In this document: positions 19,921-29,873 of the stretch, in pieces
Position numbering within the stretch: position 1 is the stretch's first letter
Layout: each line of letters opens with the position of its first letter
From: Chrysochromulina tobinii
Lineage: Eukaryota
Direction of reading: 5' to 3'
Assembly (NCBI GenBank): GCA_001275005.1
Contig: JWZX01002573.1
Location: 1-35,888, forward strand
DNA length: 35,888 bases
The notes under the pieces: generated by a model
What the model was told of the DNA's origin: nothing
Seen by the model: the letters and a program-made list of their open reading frames with translations, nothing else
Database searches by the model: none
Position numbers and translations under genes: made by a program

Positions 19921-21896
19921 ATGGCTGACTATGACCGTCCGCCACCTACTCCCGCGCTAAAGCGGACGTCCAAGCCTGTGGCGCGGCCGCTACAATCGGC
20001 GACGGGATCACCGCCGCCAGGCAAGAGCTTGCTCGCCGCCTCGCCGCCGCAGGGCAAGAGCCTGCTCGCCAACTCGCCGCGGCCGCAGGCTGCGAAAGAA
20101 AACGCACCCTTGGCCAACTCGCAAAAATTCAACCCTGCATCCGCGCCGCCAGCAGGCAAGAGCCTCCTCGCCGAGTCACCGCGCAACGTGGCGCCGCCTC
20201 CGCCGCCTGACCCGAGCCTGCATCAGGATGCGAAGCCCATGGATCGCGAGGGGCTTTGCTGGGCCCTGAAGCAGCTGCGCGGCCGGCAGATTCCTTCGGC
20301 ACAGGTAGCCGAGATGGCGCTCGCTGTGCAGGCCGCCGACCCCGAAGGACCCAAGGCACCGACTGTCCTCGCGCAGCGTCGCACGTACATCGAGGACTGG
20401 GCTGCGAATCATCAGGACGAGATCGCGAACGCCACTCCGCCGTCGCCACCGCCTGCCCAGCAGCGCCAACAGTACCAGCAGCAGCAGCACTACCAGAAGG
20501 ATCAGCCGACGGGCGATGACGGCGAGGAGGAGGAGGAGGAGAACGACGACGACGACGACGAGTGGGAGCGGCAGCAGCAGCAAAAGGTTCAGCAGCGGCA
20601 GCAGCAAATGATGCAGCAGCGGCAGCAGCAGCAGCAGCAGCCTTCGGCGCCATCTGCGGGCGGCTCGTCCCAATCGACCACGGCGCTCCTGCACGAGGTG
20701 CGACGAATCTGGACGGCAGGTGCGACCGAGCAGCAGCTGCACGCGCTCGCCGCGGCGGTGGCGGTCAGCCACGGGTTCAATCTGCCGGCGGGAGGCGCGA
20801 CGGTTCACGCGACGTTCATCATCGACTTCCATAATTGGGCGCGCTACGCACTCAGCCCAGTGCCGCCGCCCATCCCTCGGCCTGGCGAGAAGGCAGCGCC
20901 GCCCGCTGCCGCCGCGCCCGCACTGAGCGCCCAGAAGAGTGCGGAGCTTGAGGAGGGGCAGCTGCAGCTGCAGCAGCAGATGAAGGTCTTGCAGCAGCAG
21001 ATGCAGCAGCAGCTGCAGCAGCAGCAGGCGGCTCATCAGCGCCAGATCCAGCAGATGGCCCAGCAACTGCAGGAGCAGGTGGAGCAGGTGCAGCGCCAGC
21101 AGCAGCAGGCGCAGCAGCAGCAGGCACAGCAGCAGGCGCAGCAGCGCGCGCAGATGCAGCAGCAGATGCAGCAGCAGCAACAGCAGCAGCAACAGCAGCA
21201 ACAGCAGATGCAGATGCAGCAGCAGCAGCGCATGAACATGCAGCAGCAGCAGCAACGGCAGCAGCAGCAGCAGCAGCAGTATGAGCCGCCCTCGCCTCCA
21301 CCACCGAACGACTTTGGTGGCGACGTGGGAGGCGGCGGCTTCGGAGGAGGTGGATCGAGCAGTCGCTCGGGCGGCGGCAACTCCGCGCGCGAGCGGCAGC
21401 GCATAGCAGACGGCGGCAGCGTATTGCAGACGCCTCGCGACACCCGCCACTGCCTGCAGATGCTCGAGAACGTGATGAATGGTGACCCTGAGACGCACGT
21501 GCCCCTCACAGTGCTCAACGACCTGACCCGCCACGTGGCCTTGATGAGCAAGCGGAAGGCACCTCAACTGGCCGTGCAGAAGCGCATCTTCGTCAAGACG
21601 TACTATGAGGAGCTCCGGCGGGATATCGGCGGCGGGCGGCGGGCGGCGGGCGGGCGGGCGGCGGCGGCGCGAAGCTGTCCGTCGAGTCAGTCTATCAGGA
21701 GGTGAACAATCGCATCGAGCAGGCGAACCGCTCGGTGAAATTGCAAGGCGTACTGACCGATGTACACGTGGACAGCCTCGCCGAGAAGATCTGCCAGGTG
21801 CTCGGGAGGGAGATGCCCGTGCAGAAGCGCGAGCGGCGCCACCTCGTCGAGAGCTGGCACAAGCACATGAAACAGCATGTAAGCGGGCGCGGCTAG
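19921..21896 (+). CDS. Poly-Q/Pro-rich protein with four ~55-aa helical modules; apparent frameshift at 21628-21668
   Basis: ORF 19921-21705 shifts inside a GGC/GGGC run into the frame reading AKLSVESVYQEVNNRIEQ...SGRG* (stop 21896). Confidence 0.7.
20958..21280 (+). repeat. Coding CAG/poly-Gln tract
   Basis: About 100 codons dominated by CAG. Confidence 0.85.
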
Positions 21897-22833
21897 TGGC
21901 GCGAAGCCGTCGTCGAGGCGAGGTGAGTCGCTCCGAGGCTTCGAGCTTCGTTTCGGGGAGGCTGACTGAAGATCAGGCTGTAGCCTACACTCAGGCAGTT
22001 CGCTGTGGACGGCCGGCCCTTGCCGCCTGCCGTGCGGCGCGCCGGCGCGACCTGCGTGATGCACCCCGCAAAGCTCACATGAGACATGTGACCGCGACAT
22101 TTAGTATCGAACGTGAGAGCATGACGCGCGGATCCCGAATGCGGATTGGTTTTCCGAGTCTTCGGGGCCCGACCCGGAGACTGAGGGTGAGGCGGAGTCA
22201 GTCGCCGCGCACCGCGGAGAATGTTCGAAATTAACGTTACACCTCTGCCGGCGCTGTCCGACCTGCGCGAGTCGCGACCGCCGATCACCTGCCGGCCGCG
22301 GTCCCGGTCCGCCACCGCCGCACGTGGACCGTGCCCACGTGGCCACGCGCCAGCACGCCGCGAAGCGTAACGCTAACGGACGCCGGAGCCGCGAGCGCCG
22401 AGCCACCACGGGGTGTGTGGGACAACATGATTTCTGAGATGCAGTAGCGCTTCTCGAAATCAAAGTGTTCCATGCTAACTTGACATGCTTACTCTCGACG
22501 AGCCCGCAGGCACGAACCGTTAATAAACGGGCCATGCCCCGTGCGCATGTGTGGCCGGCCGGCCGTTTACGGTCGTCGAAACCACCGAGATGGCCGCGCG
22601 TGTGGATGCACACCTCAGACGCACACAACATGAATGGGATGCTCACCTGACCCGCGTCCTCTCGTTCCGGTGGTCCTCTCCTCCAACGGCACGCTCCTCC
22701 ACCTCGCCTTGTCCGCTGCGAGGCACGCCGCTCAACCTCTCTCGGCTAATCATCTCATCGCTCACTCCTCGGCTTCTGCTGCGCCTGCTGCTGCTCTGGG
22801 TCGTCGTATCACTCTGAGGCGTTCACGTCACGC

Positions 22834-23986
22834 TTACTTGAAGTACATGAAGCCGTCCTCCTCCTTCTGCACCGAGACGGTCGTCTTGAGGCAGATCCAA
22901 AGGTCGCGCATGTAGCCCAAGTAGGTCGAGCCGAGCACCGGCTTGGGCATCACGGCCTTGTAGTACTTGCCAAGGTGAGCCTTGACGTACGGGGTGGCGG
23001 CCTGTGCGCCATAGTAGGGCATGTCGGAGAAGATGTGGTGGCACACGTGCGACGAGACGATGTAGTGCGTCAGGTAGTCGCCGACGGGGCCCATGGAGCG
23101 ATCAATGGTCGAGAGGGCGCCGCGGAGCCACGTCCACTGCTCGTCCTCGAAGTGAGGCACGTCCTTGTGCGTGTGCTGGAGCAGCGTGATGATGGCGAGG
23201 TAAAAGTTGGCCTCCATCTGCGGGATGAGGTACGAGCGGCACACGGCCCAGAAGCCGAAGACATACACGCCGTAGGCGATCGCCGCGCCCGGCCAGCAGC
23301 ATGCCGACGTTCGAGGCGCGCACGTAGTTCTTGTCCTTCTTCTTGAAGAGAGACTTCGCGTTCGGGTCGAAGTGCGACTGGCCGAGGTTCTGGCGCGCGC
23401 CCGTGTTGTTGTTGATGAGGTACGCCCACCAGCCCACCGTCGCGATGATCACGAGGCGCTGGATGATGCCCAGCGGCGTCTTAGCGAACTTGACTGATTT
23501 CTTCTCTGGGTTGGCCGTCGAGGGCACCCACGTCTCGCCCATCGTCATGTGGTTGGTGTAGTGGTGGTGCTTGGCGTGGGTGATGGCCCACGAGAAGTAG
23601 GGCGCGAGCAGCGCCGAGTGCACCACGAAGCCCACGGTGTCGTTGACGACGCGCGAGTCGGTGAAGCCGCCATGGCCGCACTCATGACCGATGACCCACA
23701 GGCCGGTGAAGATCAGGCCCTGGACCCACCAGTAGGCGAGCCAAGCGACCGGCACCGCGTACGCAGGCAGGTTGTCGTTGCACCAGTGCACCGCGGCGTA
23801 GGCCATGCCCGCCATCACCAGATCCCAGCACAGCGCACCGAGCGAGTGCGTGTATGAGCGGACGAAGTACTCCGCTGGGATGCAGTCGCGGAGGGTCTTC
23901 TTGGTGATAGCCTCGTACGGCTGCGGGATGGTCTCAGCCAGGTAGGAGCGCTTCTCGGCCACGGACGCGGAGCCACCCTTGCCCAT
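22834..23986 (-). CDS. FAD2: FAD2-like (delta-12/omega-6 family) membrane fatty acid desaturase; 1-nt frameshift at ~23289
   Basis: MGKGG start, His boxes HECGH, HAKHH and HVCHH, plus PYFSW, SHFDP, ITLLQHTH and WTWLRGALSTIDR. Removing one C from plus-strand ccc 23288-23290 fuses both ORFs (MLLAGAAIAYGVYVFG). Confidence 0.9.
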
Positions 23987-24173
23987 GTTGGATTTAGGAT
24001 GGATCCAGGGTCCGCTTCGGAGGTCGCCGCAAAAGATTCGCTCTCGCGTTTCAGATTTTTCGCTGCATCCCTCTCGACAAATCGGTACAGTTGTAACTGG
24101 GCGGATGCGTCTTGCGTGCGCTGCGACAGCTCGTCGGCATCACATCCTCTCACCCCAAGTATCTTGCCTGTCC

Positions 24174-26369
24174 CTAAAATTTTACGTATCCGCCGCCTCG
24201 TTCACCCTCTTCTCGACCACTCGACGTCATCGCACGGTCCGTACGCGCAGATGGTGATGGTGGTCCAGGCGGTGGTGTCACCTGCACAAAGTTGCCTCCC
24301 GGCAGCGCCATGGGCCACCAGCGAAGCGCCGAGGTGACATTGGCGGCAGTGAGGCCGATGCGCCCCGTGGTCGGGGGAATGTCGATGGCCATAAAGACGT
24401 AGTCCTTGACGTAGAACTCGACCATGTCACGACGGTAGAGTAGGCGGATGGGCACCCGCTCACCCGGCGCTCCGAGGGTGAGATCCCGTGTCCAGCGCTC
24501 TGTGACGCCGACGCCCGGGACAGCGCTCGGCTGGTAGGGCTGCGGCTGTACGGCACCCCACGCAACGCTCGCGTTCATCGTCCTCATCGGCAGCTGGAGA
24601 TTGCAATCGTTATTCGCGAAGCGAAGGCCGAGCTGCAGCTGACGCGAGTGCGCCACTGCCAGGCCATCGGCGCCGCCGCAGATAGGTGGTGACTCGCCAG
24701 TGAAGACGTCGTACGAATAGTTATTGAGCGCATCGCTCGTCCACACGTCCGCCACTCTGGAGCCGTTGACCGCGTCGAGGAGCGTCAGCGTCACCGTCGA
24801 GCCTTTCTTCTCCGGCGCTTGCGGACCGCACCCGTAGCCAGCGACGTACTGGAAGCACACGTGCACGGAGGCGAGGTAATGGCCTTGAGAGTCTAGTGGG
24901 TGGGCAAGCTTGGCGACGCTCGTCTGCCCTGGGCCGCCGCTACGGATGTCGGAGCCGCCGAGGGCCGCATCCCTCGAAGGCATGCGACTCGCGCCGTCGT
25001 CAAAGAGCCAATCGGTGGTGGGGAGCGCGACCGCAGAGGGCGAGTAGGGGATGGGCGATTGCGGCAGAAAGTCGCCGATGGCTACCTCTTCTCCGCCCGG
25101 CGTGAGCACAATCGCAAGTGGCGCCAGATCACCGCTCAGCTCGAGCACGAACCCAGGCCAGTCAGGCTCGTGGGCTGTAGGGATTGTGACCACCGCCTCG
25201 AGCACCACTCCCTTTGAGCGCTCCTCCATAGTCAGGTTCTTGTTGAGGTAGGGCAACTTCTGAACGACCGGGTCGAGAGTGGGGGTAGGCTGCAGCTCAG
25301 TGTCCTTGAGCTGCTCGTTGCCCGACCAGTAGGTAAGGCGTAGGGTACCTTCGTCGTCCATCTCGACGCCCTTGTAAGGCGCAATGTACCTGATGAGGGC
25401 CCCACTCAGAGGTCATCAGAGGGGTCATCAGATTTCAATCAAGGCCCATCAGACTGCAATCGAGGGCGGCAGTTACGCGTTGTGAGTGCCCAAGTTCGTC
25501 CACGACTGGTGCGTGACGAGCAACTCATTCTTCAGCCCGCGGAAGAAGCGCAGGAAATAGCACGAGCCGTTGAGCAGGTTCACGTTCTTGGGCGCTCTCC
25601 ACCACGGACCGTACGCCGTCGGCGCCGAGTACGTGAGCATCGTACGCGGCCAGCCATAGCCGAGCATCGCAAACCAAGCGCCGCCGGCCTTGCCCGAGGC
25701 ATATGGAATCCACTCGACGGCCCCGATCTCGGCCCCGATGGGTTGGGGGAGCATCGTCGGCGAGGGCAGCGCCTCCCAATGATAGCCGTCCTGCGTGATG
25801 CCGAAGCCAAACGTGCCCTTCCCGCCGATGGGGCTGGCAGTCCAGTACCCGAGGCGCGGGTAGCCGTCGCGCTCGCCTGGCTGCAGCTGCGGCACCGAGT
25901 AAATGGTGTCCCAGCGACCCGGGTCGGTATAATAGGTGGTGTTGATGTAAAAGTAGAAGTCAAATTGTTCCGGGCGCGTCCAATTCAAAAGGTTGAACGA
26001 CTGCGCGAAAGTAATCCTCTGTGTGTTGTTTGGCAGATACTCGCTGTAGTTGATGAGATAACGGCCGGTCTTGTCAAAGTCGGCGGCCCTCCATACGGAC
26101 GACGTGCCCTGCCAATACTTGTTCTGCTCCCAGGCCGGCCCATGCCACACGTAGCCATGGTCGGTCCAGTTGGACGCACCATTTGGAGATGTGGCCACTC
26201 CGAAGCCCTCGCCGGGAGACTCCTCAGTGATCAGGTAATACGCATAGTAAGTGCCGTTCTCGACAAACGCCCACGTGTCCCACTGCTTGGTGACTTCGTC
26301 GCTCTTGAACATAAGCCCGTCGGCTGAGGCGGCGAGTAGCAGGAAGAGGTTTCTGAACCTCCATGACAT
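24174..26369 (-). CDS. Secreted five-bladed beta-propeller glycoside hydrolase-like protein (clan GH-J, GH32/GH68-like), 2 exons (26369-25477, 25389-24174)
   Basis: Signal peptide MSWRFRNLFLLLAASADG, QWDTW...YYAYYL first blade, Asp-box-like ATSPNG..W, AQSFNLLNW and ITQDGYHW, YSAPTAYGPW, and GH32 C-terminal-like IRLLYRRDMVEFYVKD. 3' end uncertain (possible extra donor near 24281). Confidence 0.7.
25390..25476 (-). repeat. 87-nt intron with CTGATGAC/CTCTGA units
   Basis: GC|GTAACTGCCGC...TCTGATGACCCCTCTGATGACCTCTGAGTGGGGCCCTCATCAG|GTAC. A phase-2 join gives GTHNA-YIAPYKG. Confidence 0.85.
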
Positions 26370-26586
26370 GCGTGAACGCGGAAATCAATACAAATTTCAC
26401 GCGCGTGAGTTTGTTTGAAGGATTTCCCCTGGATCTGGGTTGGGTCAGCTGGGTGTTACGTCGACGTGAGGTTGGTGCGTCCTCTTAGAAAACGTGTCAA
26501 GTTTGATCCAAATAAGGCAGGAGCGACGCGATGACCCGAGCACCGGGCGTCGAGAGACGCCACCGTCTGTGTCGACCATCCAACGG

Positions 26587-27255
26587 ATGTGGCTCATGGC
26601 CTGCATGGTCGCATTCTATCACCAAACTGCGCGATCAAGCTCCTCCTTAGAACTATTTCGGCACATGTCCACGAAGGCCAAGGCGATGGCGAGCCCTGTG
26701 AATGCGCCGCCCGCAAGGCTCCTCATCCACTGCGGCGATGCTGATTGGGTCGTCGAGACCTTTCCGGGGCAACAGGCTTCGGTCGCTACTTGCGGCAACG
26801 CAGGCCGCACTGACGATCGATGCAGCAGTCTGACCTCGGAGGGCGTCGAGATCACAGTTGCTCCAGATGCTCTCAAGCTTATTCTGCAGCACAAACTTTC
26901 GCCGATTTCGGCCGTGATGCAAAAGAAGTTGACCATCGAAGGCAACCGAGCGCTGCTAAGCTCGGAATCGCTCCGCTACCTTTGGGACATCTGGCACATA
27001 CCGACGGAATCAAAAGTTGGGGTTGCACGCTCGTCGAGCGCCATTGACATCTTGAAGGACATGTTGCATGCACTCGTCAAGTCGCTCGTCAAGTCCGGCA
27101 AAGGGCTGCTGACGAAGATTCTGCAGATCTGTAGAATCGCCGCCCAGGGCGTGAAGCGAGGCCGTGCGATGAACAAGTACTTGCCACATCCGCTGAAGAT
27201 AGTGCACATTTGGATGTGGGAGGGGCCGCGAGCGCTACGTGTGTCAAGACTGTAA
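26587..27255 (+). CDS. SCP2 (sterol carrier protein-2) domain-containing protein, divergent
   Basis: VEITVAPDALKLILQHKLSPISAVMQKKLTIEGN matches the SCP2 C-terminal pattern. Codon bias is weaker than in neighbouring genes. Start uncertain. Confidence 0.6.
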   Translation: MWLMACMVAFYHQTARSSSSLELFRHMSTKAKAMASPVNAPPARLLIHCGDADWVVETFPGQQASVATCGNAGRTDDRCSSLTSEGVEITVAPDALKLILQHKLSPISAVMQKKLTIEGNRALLSSESLRYLWDIWHIPTESKVGVARSSSAIDILKDMLHALVKSLVKSGKGLLTKILQICRIAAQGVKRGRAMNKYLPHPLKIVHIWMWEGPRALRVSRL

Positions 27256-27438
27256 AAAGGCCGCAATGACCAATGAGGCCTACGAAGTACGAACGCTTTA
27301 TAAAGCGTGCAGTAGTGCAGTCGTATGGCGTGGCTAGCTGGCTACGTAGCTGGATGGGGCCCTGTATGGGATCTGCTGTTGGCAACACCTTTCGGTGAAT
27401 ATTATCATGTGGAGATCGCAGAGACTCTGATCACTGAT

Positions 27439-27514
27439 GATACTGCACTCGCTCGCACACGGCCCCCTAAAGTCGCAGAATCGGATACTGCACTCTCACA
27501 CACGGCCTAAGTCG
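27439..27514. repeat. Imperfect direct repeat (45-nt spacing) near convergent gene ends
   Basis: gatactgcactcgctcgcacacggccccctaaagtcg and gatactgcactctcacacacggcctaagtcg. Confidence 0.7.
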
Positions 27515-27517
27515 AGT

Positions 27518-29507
27518 TCAAGCGAGTCCAATATTTAGGCTCGGGCCCGGCACACGCGCGTTGCGCAGCTCGCGCCCTGCTGCGGTGAAGGGACCTTTGT
27601 ACGGTGGGTGCAGCCAGCCCTCGCGCCTTGCCCTGCCGAGTGCGTTGGCAAATCCCTGCCGGTCGCTGAGCTTTGTGACACCTGCGTCGCGTAGATCAGC
27701 GAGGAACTGCGTGCGGTCGCGCCCGACGGCTTCGGCACAGGTGGCGAGCGTCAGCCCCGTCCGACCGAGCGTGCTGCCCATGGCACCGAGCCCAACCGCC
27801 TGCAGGAAGTCGTACAGCTGCACGTCAGGCGCTGATGCGCTGTGTTTGCCCTTGCAGATGGCGAGTTGCAGAGCTGCACTGCTCATCACGGCGCCTATCG
27901 CCACGCGGTCGTCCACGAGTTCGTCAAAAGTGCCATCCTCCTCCTCGGCGTGCAGGTCGAAGACCACGTGCCTCTCGGCGCTCGCGTGCCGCGCCGGCCG
28001 CTCGCGGCTTGAGAGCAGGGAAGCGTACGCCTCGGCTGCCTCGAGGCATTCGGGTGCCCACGACCGCGCTGCCGCCTGGCGCAACCCCTCCACCTCTCGC
28101 CATGTAAGCCGCGCGACGGCAGTTGGGGTGCTGGGGCTGTCGCCCCTGCCCCCGCCGCCCTCAGCCTTGGATGGCGAGGATGGCACCAAGCCGCCGGCAG
28201 TGGCGGTGGGACTGCTCGCCTCAATCACGTCTTCAACGAGGGCTCGGAGATAGGCAATTGCGGTGAGTCCACAAACGTCGGCAGCATGCTGTGCTGGCGC
28301 GGCCATGCGCCACACCTCGATGCGATCGGCATCGACCTGCCTGATCTCCGAGAGCCGTTCCGTAAGAGAAGAAGCAAGCTGCTGAGCGGCGTCGCAATTG
28401 AGCTCGTGGTCGCCAGACGGATCATAATGCTCGAGCCTGCACACGCCGCCACGCCAAGCCTCGCGCCGCATGGCTACCGCGGACCAGTGACGACCGCCAT
28501 CCATGAGCTCAGGATCGTCATTATCGTTGATGAGCGCCAGGATCAGCCGCGCATTTGCCATGCGCCGCCGCATGCTCGCGCACTGCGGCCCGTCGATGAC
28601 GGCCTCGCATTGCTGATCGGCATCCGCGAGCTTGAGCAGCTGCGCCGTCGGAATGTCGATCACCACGACCCCGAGTGCCTCGAGCTCGGCTTCGGAAGGC
28701 ATGACCGCCGTCAGCAACGGCATGAGCAGCTCGCAGTTCGCCCATTCGCCCACCACCACACCTGTGCGCACCGCGCCGCCACCGCCGCTGCCGCCGAGGG
28801 AGGCAGGTAGACGGGCGAGAGCCTCGGCCAGCGAGTCGACACTTGCCCACGTCGCTGATACATCACTCGACGCCGCGGCTGGCCCTCCCGTCTCAAGCTG
28901 ATGCGGCGGCGGCGGCGGCGGCGGCGGCTGCTGCTGCTGCCTCACCTTCTCCTCATCAGCGCGTTTGCGCTCATTGACGGCGGAGCGTTCCCGTAGCGCG
29001 GCCATCTCGAGCGCCTTACGCTCCTTCTCTTGACGCTCGAGGAGCTTGAGAGCTGCCTCGAGCGTCTTCTCCTCCTCGAGCTGTCGCTGGCGCTCTGCCC
29101 TCTGTTCGTCCTGGATGCTCTGCTGTATCGCACGCTCGAGCTCCCGCGCCTCCTGCGCTCCCCAGTCGACCCTCGCCAGCTGTGGCGGCGGTGCAGTTGG
29201 CCCCGAGTGGCGCAACTGCTCGGTCGTTCTGCGTGCAGACCTCTCCTCGGGCCTCCTGCAGCTGCAGCGCCAGAGTTCGATCGCGCGCCTCGGCTTCAGC
29301 GCGCGCGTCGGCCTCAGCCTTGACTGCAGCGACGGCGCCTGCTGGCTTGTTGGCCGCACGCAGTGGCGCAGTGCGCCCTCCCGATTCGAAGTAAGTGGTC
29401 ACCTCATCGATCGTCCACGAGCACATGGCTTCCGTGAGGGGCACGTCCTCCGCAAAGAACTCCGCCTGGATGTCCAACAGCTCAGCCCGGCTCAGCTTGC
29501 CAGGCAT
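27518..29507 (-). CDS. Multidomain SENP8/NEDP1-like C48 cysteine protease with UIM-like motifs and a C-terminal SAM-like domain, 2 exons (intron 29180-29240 GT-AG, or 29180-29252 GC-AG)
   Basis: LALINDNDD...GGRHWS (His), EHYDPS (Asp) and APAQHAADVCGL (Gln-x5-Cys) parallel SENP8 INDNS...GGTHWS/HYDS/APAQQNSYDCG. EARELERAIQQS is UIM-like. Confidence 0.8.
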
Positions 29508-29873
29508 TGCCCGATGCGCTCGTATTCGCTCGATGCGTTCGTGTGAATGATGGCTTTCCCGAGATCGAATCTGAGGTGTGAAGCGCCACCTGCACGACAG
29601 GAAGAGTCGATATGGCAGTGTGCGCGCCGCTTGTACCTGTCAACGATCGACGAAACGTCGATGAAACAGTACCACCTGTATTATGTGGCCGTATTTTGGG
29701 GCACACATCATCCAAACCACTCCCAAACCTGACATTCGATAAATGTGTCGATGAAGTTAAGTCAAGTCAAGTCAACAGGGTGTCTTCACACCAGTTTTCA
29801 CACCTCTCTCGACGGAAGTTGAACCACATGGGACCTTCGCCTCTCGCTCCACAGCCAGGCCAGTGCTCTTCAC

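Noticed and set aside
20176..21567. Long poly-Leu/poly-Cys antisense ORFs (also 10277-11043)
   Set aside because: Shadows of CAG tracts in high-GC coding DNA.
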